Below, in pieces: positions 1 to 6,782 of a stretch of DNA of 36,905 nucleotides. A model generated the notes under the pieces. That model did not search any database. It was not told the DNA's origin and saw only the letters and a list, made by a program, of their open reading frames with translations. This DNA comes from an uncultured Candidatus Saccharibacteria bacterium (GTDB taxonomy: Bacteria > Patescibacteriota > Minisyncoccia > UBA6257 > UBA9933): assembly GCA_964651905.1 (NCBI GenBank), contig CAZYZO010000001.1:1-36905 (forward strand). Reading direction: 5' to 3'. A program made the translations under genes and the position numbers. Position 1 is the stretch's first letter, and every line of letters begins with the position of its first letter.

Positions 1-85
1 CATCTACTTTTTTAAGCTTCTTTTCTATTCCAGAGAGAATCCATCCAATAATTAAAACAATAATTAATATTTTCCACCATTCCAT
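1..85 (-). CDS. partial small membrane protein (N-terminus only, runs off the left edge)
   Basis: ATG at 85..83 reads MEWWKILIIVLIIGWILSGIEKKLKKVD... on the minus strand. Contains a hydrophobic TM-like stretch. No family recognised. Confidence 0.3.
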   Translation of the reverse strand, partial: MEWWKILIIVLIIGWILSGIEKKLKKVD

Positions 86-110
86 AGATTTTATTTCTTA
101 ATTTTTTCTT

Positions 111-590
111 TCATAGATTTATTTTTTTGATAACTTTGTTATTTATTTTCTGCACTAATCTGGCAGACCTTTCTTTAACAATTGCTTTTGTCCCATCTTC
201 ATTATCTATTTCATATTGACCACCGGCTTTTTGAATTTGACTTATAGCTTCCTTAAAATATTCTTTATGCCTATTTTTAGCCATCATAAAACTTAGGAAA
301 GGCATTTCATTTATCACTTCCTGCTCTTTTATTGCCATATCGAGAATGTGTTTGGAAAAATGGTCTTTATGAAAACAAATCTTACAAATTTTACATCTCA
401 ATAAATCTTCGGGATGTTCATATTCTTTCGGGTTTTTAATCCCTCCAATCATAAAAATATCAACCCTTGAACCAAACCAATAATAAAAGACGAAACCAAT
501 AATTATTAGAAAAAATAATGGTTTCCAAATAATCCAAGCTATTCCTAAAAGGATAAGAAAAAGCAGAATATTTGTTGTATTATTTTTCAT
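111..590 (-). CDS. hypothetical membrane protein
   Basis: 159-aa ORF with two N-terminal hydrophobic segments (ILLFLILLGIAWIIW, LFFLIIIGFVFYYWF) and a soluble tail carrying CKICKICFH. No recognisable family. Confidence 0.55.
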   Translation of the reverse strand: MKNNTTNILLFLILLGIAWIIWKPLFFLIIIGFVFYYWFGSRVDIFMIGGIKNPKEYEHPEDLLRCKICKICFHKDHFSKHILDMAIKEQEVINEMPFLSFMMAKNRHKEYFKEAISQIQKAGGQYEIDNEDGTKAIVKERSARLVQKINNKVIKKINL

Positions 591-600
591 AGATTATTTT

Positions 601-810
601 GTCAAGCTTCGGTGGTAGAACTCGAACCTTTTCGGTCTCTCGATAAAAAATGTTGACTGCGGTGTGTCTCGGTCCAGAACTTTGCTTGTGCAATCAGTAT
701 AAAGCTTTTTTGAAGGTCATTCCAGAAGCTCAACCGAGGTGTCTCGGTCAGGGTCAAAACGAGACAAATGAGACACGGAAAACACATATTCAATAGTGTC
801 TCATTTATCC
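601..810. repeat. noncoding repeat element copy L1 (tRNA T-arm-like fragment plus GTGTCTCGGTC motifs)
   Basis: GGTGGTAGAACTCGAACC at 611-628. GCGGTGTGTCTCGGTCCAGAAC at 659-680 matches 4546-4567 at 21/22 positions. GGTGTCTCGGTC recurs at 738-749. GAGACA/GAGACAC lie at about 761-776 and GTGTCTC at about 797-803, allowing alternative pairings. The 63-aa ORF 602..793 here looks spurious. Confidence 0.45.
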
Positions 811-908
811 ATGGCTTTGAGTAAGTTAGGTTTTAAATTTATCTAACCGTCCAAAATCCGAATTTTTGAAGATACACCGCTAGATTAAAATTTGGTAAAA
901 TAAAAACT

Positions 909-1616
909 ATGAAGATTCCTCACGTTGTATTTAGTTATAATAGAAAAAAAGATATTGAAAATATTAAGATAGGGCTAAATATCGTAAAAAAAGGCAGGCA
1001 ACCAGATAAAGAACTTGCTCAGATTATTAAACTGTACGGCAATACGCCTAAGAAAAAAGAGTTAGAATCTTATTTAGATTCACGCTGGAGAAAGAAAAAA
1101 CATATTTTATCGCTTATCGTAAAACAAACTCAAGAATATTGGAATACAATTGAAAAAGATTACTTTACTCATCTTGCTGATCGAATGCAATTAACTTCAT
1201 TTTACAATATTAGAAAATTGTCCGGTTTTTTAAGCACTCGCTATGGCTGCGGTTATGATCCTAAAAAATACTGGTTTGCCATAACTGTTCATAAGGGAAC
1301 ATTAGCGAATACCAGTGTCATTATACATGAGATTATGCACATTTTTTTTCATAAACAATGGTGGAATTTTTGTCGAAAGCAAGGATTATCCGAAAAGAAT
1401 ATATGGGATGTCAAAGAAGCAACAACAGTTCTTTTAAATCTTTGGTTTAAAGATCAACTTATAGATCTTGATTGGGGATATGAAGAACACGCTGAACTCC
1501 GGCATTTAATCAAAAAATGGTTTCTGAAAACTCGGAATTTTAAAAATACCATAGAAGAAGCCTGTAAATATATGAAAATTAACCCAAAAAAAAGCCCTAA
1601 TTGGATTACCAATTAG
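909..1616 (+). CDS. hypothetical protein with HExxH motif (putative zinc metallopeptidase-like)
   Basis: 235-aa ORF with VIIHEIMHIFFH (HExxH). No other family signature recognised. Confidence 0.65.
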   Translation: MKIPHVVFSYNRKKDIENIKIGLNIVKKGRQPDKELAQIIKLYGNTPKKKELESYLDSRWRKKKHILSLIVKQTQEYWNTIEKDYFTHLADRMQLTSFYNIRKLSGFLSTRYGCGYDPKKYWFAITVHKGTLANTSVIIHEIMHIFFHKQWWNFCRKQGLSEKNIWDVKEATTVLLNLWFKDQLIDLDWGYEEHAELRHLIKKWFLKTRNFKNTIEEACKYMKINPKKSPNWITN

Positions 1617-1701
1617 AGCTTTTACTCGGCAGCAAAAATATATTATTTTGTAAATTTCAATTAAGACAGCTAAAATAAAGAAGATTTAATAGGACAAAGA
1701 T

Positions 1702-2724
1702 GTGAAATTAGAATTTAAAATTTCCAAATTAGCCAATCAATTCTTTTTTATCGATAATCTTTCCGAGTGGAATTTTTATTGCCGTAGAAATTATAATAAA
1801 GAGTGGTTGAATCAGTTTGGCAAATTGACAAAAAAAGAAAAGGTAGCATTAAAAAATTACCGATTGTTAATGCAAAAATGTGAAAAAGAAAACCTATACA
1901 AAAAAATTAGAAATATTTTCTATAATAATGGATTTAAAAAAAATAATAACGAAGTAAGAAAAAAGATAAAAAAGTTAATTTTTTCTAAGAGTACTAATAT
2001 CCTTTTTGGCTCTATCAGTACGCTCTGTATAAAATTTCAAAGGATTTGGGGAAAATACCAAGCAACCTTAAGTTATAACAAAAAGATTATTTTAAAAAGT
2101 TATAAAGATACTAAAAACACTTTTAATTCAATTTTTAATAGACTTGCTAATTTTTACGGAAAAGAAATTCCAAAACAAGATTTAGATGTTTATTTAATAA
2201 TATCACCAGTAAAAAATTATCAAGGCGGAAAAGCTATTGATAAAAATAAAATTTCTATTGAACTCAATAAACTGGATTATAAAAATAAAAATCAGTTAAT
2301 AGCTTTCTGGTTTTTAGTTGTTCATGAAACAATCCATGCAATTTTTGAAAATCAAAAATACAAAAAATGGATTGAACAATTCATTAAACAACAGCCTCCT
2401 CTAAAGTCAAAAATAGTAAAAAAACTTGGAGTTAACGAAGTATTAAGAGAAGTAATTACTGCTACTGCGACGACCGCGGCTGATTTACTATTAATAAAAA
2501 TAACGAAAGAAAAAATTGATTGGCAAAAAATACTTAAAAAACAATTAAAGACATCTAATCTAGACGATTTAAATACTTTACGCCGCTGGGTTGTATATAA
2601 TTTAAGGGAAACAATAAATAAATATTTTAATAATAAAAGAAAAGTAGATAAACCTTTTCTAAAAAAATGTTGGACTCTTATTGATAATTACCCTGAAAAT
2701 TTACTGCAAAAAATCAAAAAATAA
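1702..2724 (+). CDS. hypothetical Lys-rich protein with HExxH motif (putative metallopeptidase-like)
   Basis: 340-aa ORF with a GTG start (an ATG at 1699 runs straight into TGA). Carries FWFLVVHETIHAIF (HExxH). The context resembles the motif region of 909..1616 and 14970..15605. Confidence 0.6.
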   Translation: MKLEFKISKLANQFFFIDNLSEWNFYCRRNYNKEWLNQFGKLTKKEKVALKNYRLLMQKCEKENLYKKIRNIFYNNGFKKNNNEVRKKIKKLIFSKSTNILFGSISTLCIKFQRIWGKYQATLSYNKKIILKSYKDTKNTFNSIFNRLANFYGKEIPKQDLDVYLIISPVKNYQGGKAIDKNKISIELNKLDYKNKNQLIAFWFLVVHETIHAIFENQKYKKWIEQFIKQQPPLKSKIVKKLGVNEVLREVITATATTAADLLLIKITKEKIDWQKILKKQLKTSNLDDLNTLRRWVVYNLRETINKYFNNKRKVDKPFLKKCWTLIDNYPENLLQKIKK

Positions 2725-2757
2725 ATAACCCGTCAGTTAGAATGGCGGGTTATTTTT
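2724..2757. terminator. hairpin between convergent genes (possible bidirectional terminator)
   Basis: ATAACCCG-13 nt-CGGGTTAT followed by TTTTTG. The right arm overlaps the radical SAM stop codon at 2750-2752. Confidence 0.45.
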
Positions 2758-4018
2758 GATAATTTTGATTTATGGGAAAAGATTCCCTATCCAATATATA
2801 CCTTAAGACGTCTTTAATAAATTGCCGAATCTCTTCACAACGATAACTTTTCGCGGTCAAGAAATTCTTCGACTCCATCACAGCTTTATTTGCGATACAG
2901 TCGCTGCAACAACTTACTGCTGCAAAACAATCAGAACATTCAGGAATATTCCGCACGCCGATTTTTTTAAGTTGCTGATAAACGTTGTTATCGAAAACAA
3001 AGGCGTTACGATTCGCATCGAATCTTCCATATATAAAATGCGAAGCGATTATATCTCGATTGTCTGTCATTCGATTACAACTTGTGCACCGTCCATCAGG
3101 CGTAATCATAAAATTTCGCCCCGCTACTCCGCAAAATTCAAAGCTTTTCTTTCCTAAATTAAGAACTGATGTCTTAAGTTTACAACCGAATTTTTCAGCA
3201 ATAGGCAATGCCTCTAAGAATTTCGTAAAAAATACCTTAGAGGACGGCATCGCGTATTTATTATTTCTCCCCCTTCCCATTGCAAAAAGCGGCTCATGTA
3301 ATTGTTTACAGTTAGGAAAGTTTTTGCCAAAAAAGTAAACTATATCTGGCAAATATTCAACACTATAGCTTGATATCGTCGAACGAAAAGCTACTTTTGT
3401 TGGTATCTGATTATAAAGCATTTTTGCAATCTCGAAAACCTGATCAAAACTATTGCTTCTATGAATGTCTTGAATCTCTTTAGGACCGTCAAACGAAATG
3501 CTGATGCCATCCATATTTCTCGCCAACCATTCGGCTTGTTTTAAACTCATACAACCATTAGTATTGATAGTTGCACGACTGCGACAACCAATTATCTCTG
3601 CTTTTTGACGTAGGTATCGCACCGCAGAAATTAGTATATCCCATGCTTGTGTTGGTTCTCCGCCAAACATATTGGCATAAATCAATCTCTTGCCAAATTT
3701 TTGAGCACAATCTGCAATATAATCAATAGTGGCAAAAATGACCTGTTCAGACATAAAAGTTTTCTTTTTCGGGCTTGCATTTTCGTAGCAATAAACACAA
3801 GCTAAATTACAATGATCGGTTAAAATTAAATTTGTCCCAAAGAATGTATAATCTGGAAGATTATCTTTTTGAAAAGCAAAATAAGGTTTATCACTCTCAA
3901 TAAAGTCAGTAATTTTCTCTGCTACTGTCGGGCTGACGCGATAAACCCTAGAAAGCGAAGGGACGAATACAATAACATTATCGCCATCTAATATCTTAAA
4001 AACCCTGTGCTGATACAT
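2750..4018 (-). CDS. radical SAM / SPASM-domain peptide maturase
   Basis: CNLACVYC (CX3CX2C) near residue 70. C-terminal SPASM-type cysteines: CGVAGRNFMITPDGRC, CSDCFAAVSCCSDC and a later RC. SD AAGGAGGG lies upstream of the ATG. Sits directly downstream of a Cys-rich small ORF. Confidence 0.9.
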   Translation of the reverse strand: MYQHRVFKILDGDNVIVFVPSLSRVYRVSPTVAEKITDFIESDKPYFAFQKDNLPDYTFFGTNLILTDHCNLACVYCYENASPKKKTFMSEQVIFATIDYIADCAQKFGKRLIYANMFGGEPTQAWDILISAVRYLRQKAEIIGCRSRATINTNGCMSLKQAEWLARNMDGISISFDGPKEIQDIHRSNSFDQVFEIAKMLYNQIPTKVAFRSTISSYSVEYLPDIVYFFGKNFPNCKQLHEPLFAMGRGRNNKYAMPSSKVFFTKFLEALPIAEKFGCKLKTSVLNLGKKSFEFCGVAGRNFMITPDGRCTSCNRMTDNRDIIASHFIYGRFDANRNAFVFDNNVYQQLKKIGVRNIPECSDCFAAVSCCSDCIANKAVMESKNFLTAKSYRCEEIRQFIKDVLRYILDRESFPINQNYQK

Positions 4019-4051
4019 GTTTTTACCCTCCTTTCAAGTTTTAAGGTTTGA

Positions 4052-4085
4052 TTCCGAAGGGACAACTAAAGTTGCCCCTTCGGAA
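4052..4085 (-). promoter_or_regulatory. intercistronic stem-loop between the precursor peptide and maturase genes
   Basis: TTCCGAAGGGACAAC-TAAA-GTTGCCCCTTCGGAA forms a 15-bp stem with one mismatch and a 4-nt loop. No strong U-tract follows on the minus strand. Confidence 0.6.
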
Positions 4086-4095
4086 ATATTTGATT

Positions 4096-4278
4096 TCATG
4101 CGCCGCTTGGACAAGTAACATCTGCGCAATCACCGCCGCAATCTCCATCACAGCCGTCAGTATCGCCACAGTCATCACTTCCACAGCCACCGATTGAATT
4201 AAAAACCGCGGCCTGATTAAAGCGACTATTTAGCTTGACGCTAGAAATCGCTATCTTCTCAAGTTCATTACTATCCAT
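4096..4278 (-). CDS. RiPP precursor peptide candidate (Cys/Asp/Gly-rich core, SCIFF/ranthipeptide-like)
   Basis: MDSNELEKIAISSVKLNSRFNQAAVFNSIGG|CGSDDCGDTDGCDGDCGGDCADVTCPSGA. AAGGAGGTGAAT precedes the ATG at 4278; the track's GTG start at 4284 overlaps the SD. The last 29 residues hold six Cys. Immediately 5' of the radical SAM/SPASM gene. Confidence 0.75.
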   Translation of the reverse strand: MDSNELEKIAISSVKLNSRFNQAAVFNSIGGCGSDDCGDTDGCDGDCGGDCADVTCPSGA

Positions 4279-4315
4279 ATTCACCTCCTTTTTTTCGGTT
4301 TTTTGTTAAAACTAC

Positions 4316-4344
4316 AATTTCTGTCTTCTACATTCACAGAAATT
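4316..4344 (-). promoter_or_regulatory. 5'-UTR hairpin of the precursor transcript
   Basis: AATTTCTGT-11 nt-ACAGAAATT (9-bp stem), between the predicted promoter and the SD. Confidence 0.35.
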
Positions 4345-4387
4345 TCTCTCTAATTGTTTTTTCAAGGTGCTATTTTATCTTAATTTT

Positions 4388-4416
4388 ACAATAGCAAGTC
4401 AATTAAAATTTGTCAA
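4388..4416 (-). promoter_or_regulatory. sigma70-like promoter for the precursor/maturase operon
   Basis: On the minus strand: TTGACA (4416-4411), 17-nt spacer, TATTGT (4393-4388), about 110 nt upstream of the precursor ATG. Confidence 0.5.
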
Positions 4417-4488
4417 ATTTCTAATATAGTTAATATAACCACACCTTATTCTAAATTTTAGAGGCGGAAAACCCGTCGTGTATAAACT

Positions 4489-4633
4489 GGCGGAGGGTGA
4501 AAGATTTTCAGGCGGGGCCCGCTATCGCACCCGCTTTTCATCTTGGCGGTGTGTCTCGGTCTAGAACCAAATTCTAGTAAGTTGTTGCAACATTCTTGAA
4601 AAGGGGCCATTTGAGATACTTCGGTCGCATTAT
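4489..4633. repeat. noncoding repeat element copy L2
   Basis: GGCGGAGGGTGAAAGATTTTC at 4489-4509 is a degenerate relative of 5298-5321. GCGGTGTGTCTCGGTCTAGAAC at 4546-4567 matches 659-680 at 21/22. Patchy similarity to L1 continues downstream (TTGTTGCAA vs TTGTGCAA; TTGAAAAGGGGCCATTT vs TTGAAGGTCATT). Confidence 0.45.
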
Positions 4634-5290
4634 CTAAAACGACTTAGCAATTCTTACAAATTCTTTTACTTTCTCAATGTCTTTTCCGTTTCCATCGGGA
4701 AGATCTGTTTTAGTTTTAGAATCAACTCCTGCGGGCATAACTTCCTTAATGGCCGCCTCCACATTTTCCGGGCCAAGGCCACCGGCCAAGATCACCGGCA
4801 TACTAACAGAATTAACGATTTTTTTACTTATCGTCCAATTATGCGTTTCGCCAGTCGCTCCGATTTGAAAATCTCCTTTTTTGCGGCTATCTAAAATAAG
4901 AAAATCTGCAATTCCTTCATATTTTTTAGCTAACCCCACGCTTTTCTCGTCTATGACCGGAATAGTTCTCATAATTTTAATCTGAGGATATTTTTCTTTT
5001 ATTTTTTTAACTGAATCAGGTAATAAAGATTCCGTAGATATGCCAAGTTGTAAAATATCGGGGTTAACCTTTTCTACTAATTCCGAGATTCTCCTTAGAT
5101 CAGAAGAAAGCGTGAGAGCAACCTTAGTGGTTTCACTAGGAAGAGAGTTAAAAATCTCTTTTACTCTATCATCGTCTAAACCTCTAGGGTCAACTTCTTT
5201 TCCTACTAGCACGCCAATAAAATCTACTCCTACTTCTATGAGTTTTTTAGCTTCTTCCGGATTTTGAACTTCGTAAATTTGAACAATCAT
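4634..5290 (-). CDS. trpF: phosphoribosylanthranilate isomerase-like protein
   Basis: From MIVQIYEV...: GATGETHNW, PVILAGGLGPENV and PAGVDSKTKTD...GKDIEKVKEF match the TrpF (beta/alpha)8 C-terminal signatures. I trimmed the 38 N-terminal codons of the track ORF because they read through a tRNA-like noncoding fragment. Confidence 0.75.
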   Translation of the reverse strand: MIVQIYEVQNPEEAKKLIEVGVDFIGVLVGKEVDPRGLDDDRVKEIFNSLPSETTKVALTLSSDLRRISELVEKVNPDILQLGISTESLLPDSVKKIKEKYPQIKIMRTIPVIDEKSVGLAKKYEGIADFLILDSRKKGDFQIGATGETHNWTISKKIVNSVSMPVILAGGLGPENVEAAIKEVMPAGVDSKTKTDLPDGNGKDIEKVKEFVRIAKSF

Positions 5291-5297
5291 GGTTTTT

Positions 5298-5365
5298 TGC
5301 GGAGAGGGAGGGATTCGAACCACGTGGGTCGCCCTGTTGTCTCGGTAATATGGGTTGTCTCCGAT
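5298..5365 (-). repeat. repeat element copy L3: tRNA 3'-end-like fragment plus GTTGTCTCGGT motifs
   Basis: TGCGGAGAGGGAGGGATTCGAACC (5298-5321) matches the 3' end of tRNA-Ser (14257-14280) at 20/24 positions in the same orientation. GTTGTCTCGGT at 5335-5345 and GTTGTCTCCGAT at 5354-5365. No complete cloverleaf can be drawn. Confidence 0.45.
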
Positions 5366-5554
5366 AATAAATTGTCTTGACGGTGGCTGAACCGGTATTC
5401 GCATTAAAGGCCTTATCTTGTGGCCGTATTGATAAAATTATACGCCGTTTGAGGTTATTTTACAGGAAAATCTAGCCTCTTTTGAGATTCTGGTGTTTGC
5501 CCAAAAGGTCTACTAATCTTAAATTGTTTAATTTAGCTAAAAGCGTCATTCTTC

Positions 5555-5800
5555 GTGGCGGATTCCTCTACCAGCTTGCTTTCCTTGAGGTATGCAAACG
5601 ATGCAGTACTTGTTTTGAATTTTAAAAAGAATGGGCAACCAAATTATATTGGTGGTGCAACTTTCATAGAAATATTTAGGGCATCTGATTCAGACAAGAA
5701 AGTCTTTTTATATAATCCAATTTCAGAATCTAATTTTAAAGACGAATTGATTGGAATGAGTGTTGAAGTCATCAATGGTGATTTGACCAAAATTAAATAG
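5555..5800 (+). CDS. hypothetical protein, possibly a C-terminal gene fragment (N-deoxyribosyltransferase-like fold guessed)
   Basis: 81-aa ORF with a GTG start and no SD. ANDAVLVLN...NYIGGATFIEIFRA...KKVFLYNP loosely resembles the C-terminal half of nucleoside 2-deoxyribosyltransferase-like proteins. This is a weak call. Confidence 0.3.
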   Translation: MADSSTSLLSLRYANDAVLVLNFKKNGQPNYIGGATFIEIFRASDSDKKVFLYNPISESNFKDELIGMSVEVINGDLTKIK

Positions 5801-5840
5801 CTGATTGACAAAAAGTATCATTTTTATCAAAATTAATTTA

Positions 5841-6782
5841 ATGTTATTAGACACTTATAAAAAAATGTTCCTTATTCGGACAACTGAAGAACAAATAGCC
5901 GCTTATTACCTTAAGAATAAGATAATGAGCCTCGTTCATTTCTATATTGGTCAGGAAGCGATAGCTGTGGGTGTCTGCGATGCATTACATAAAGATGATC
6001 GTGTGATAGGCAATCATCGATCACACGGACACTATCTGGCCAAAGGAGGAGATCTTAAGAAGATGATCTGTGAATTGTTTGGAAAGGAATATGGTTCGTC
6101 GCATGGCAAGGGTGGATCAATGCACATGATCGATACATCGGTTAATTTCATTGGGTCGACCCCAATCCTCTCAAGTGCTGTACCACTTTCCTGTGGTAGC
6201 GCATTTGAACAAAAGTACCACAAGAGTGGTACAGCAACAGTCGTGTTCTTAGGTGATGGTGCGTTTGAGGAAGGAGGTGTCTACGAATCTATGAATCTAG
6301 CGGCCCTTTTTAAGCTGCCGTTACTCGTCGTTCTTGAAAATAATTTCCGGTCCATTAACACGCGCCTTTGGGAACGGCGATCTGCAGCCCATAATACTAA
6401 AAAGATAGTTACTGGATTTGGAGTACGATATATAAGAGCCGATGGGAATGATTATTTAGACGTGGCAGTAAAGGTTAGAGAGCTTATCACCGAAGTACGC
6501 GCAGGTAAACCTGCTCTCATTGAGTGTATGACCTACCGTCACATGGCACACAGTGGGCCAACCTTTGAGGAAGAAACTCGTGAAGAGGATACAGCGGAAC
6601 AGCGAAAGGAGAAAGATTCAGTAGTAAAGATGAGACGAGAAACTCTCGCTTCAGGAGTCTCCGAAGAGGAAATTACTGCTACGGAAAATGATATTAAGAA
6701 AACCGTTACCAATGCTATCGTGTTTGCTGAGAAGGCACCTTTTCCAAAGAAAGAAAGTTTATACACCAACCTCTATGTCTAA
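5841..6782 (+). CDS. TPP-dependent 2-oxoacid dehydrogenase/decarboxylase E1 component, alpha subunit
   Basis: Typical E1-alpha layout: FYIGQEAIAVGV, GNHRSHGHYLAKG, GKGGSMH, VVFLGDGAFEEGGVYESMNLAALFKLPLLVVLENN (TPP-binding GDG...N), YRHMAHSGP. I prefer the ATG at 5841 over the TTG at 5805. Confidence 0.85.
   Translation: MLLDTYKKMFLIRTTEEQIAAYYLKNKIMSLVHFYIGQEAIAVGVCDALHKDDRVIGNHRSHGHYLAKGGDLKKMICELFGKEYGSSHGKGGSMHMIDTSVNFIGSTPILSSAVPLSCGSAFEQKYHKSGTATVVFLGDGAFEEGGVYESMNLAALFKLPLLVVLENNFRSINTRLWERRSAAHNTKKIVTGFGVRYIRADGNDYLDVAVKVRELITEVRAGKPALIECMTYRHMAHSGPTFEEETREEDTAEQRKEKDSVVKMRRETLASGVSEEEITATENDIKKTVTNAIVFAEKAPFPKKESLYTNLYV

Noticed and set aside
602-793. 63-aa minus-strand ORF in the track
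   Set aside because: It lies entirely within the repeated noncoding element L1 (GTGTCTCGGTC motifs, tRNA-like fragment). It has no SD and a Cys/Leu-rich nonsense-like composition, so it is most likely spurious.
2822-3338. Plus-strand ORFs antisense to the radical SAM gene. The same applies to the many 60-170-aa ORFs antisense to leuS, topA, the kinases, the SBP and the cohesin/dockerin genes (e.g. 33329-34420).
   Set aside because: They are shadow ORFs inside well-supported genes. They have no SD and low-complexity or biased composition. The opposite-strand products have clear family motifs.
4440-4633. RNase P RNA (AGGGTGAAAG resembles the M1 GGGUGAAAGGGUG region) or SRP RNA (GTCAGGGTC in copy L1)
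   Set aside because: The other universally conserved blocks are absent (GAGGAAAGUCC for RNase P; GGAAGGAAGCAGCC-type domain IV for SRP), and the segments are too short.
5293-5560. tmRNA or a complete tRNA, because of GGTTCGAATCCCTCCCTCTCCGCA on the minus strand
   Set aside because: The T-stem does not pair (CGTGG vs CCCTC). No matching 5' acceptor strand (GGAGAGG/GGGGAGG) or GGATTCGAC-like tmRNA 5' motif lies within 400 nt. No tag reading frame is present and no CCA is encoded. It is better explained as a tRNA 3'-end relic.
6688-6774. N-terminal extensions given by the ORF track: E1-beta from 6688, trpF-like from 5404, NDK-like from 13763, phosphatase from 17194, protease from 17228
   Set aside because: The extensions overlap upstream genes or noncoding RNA-like sequence and start at non-ATG or poorly placed codons. 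Internal ATGs with better SDs or coupling give family-typical N-termini.
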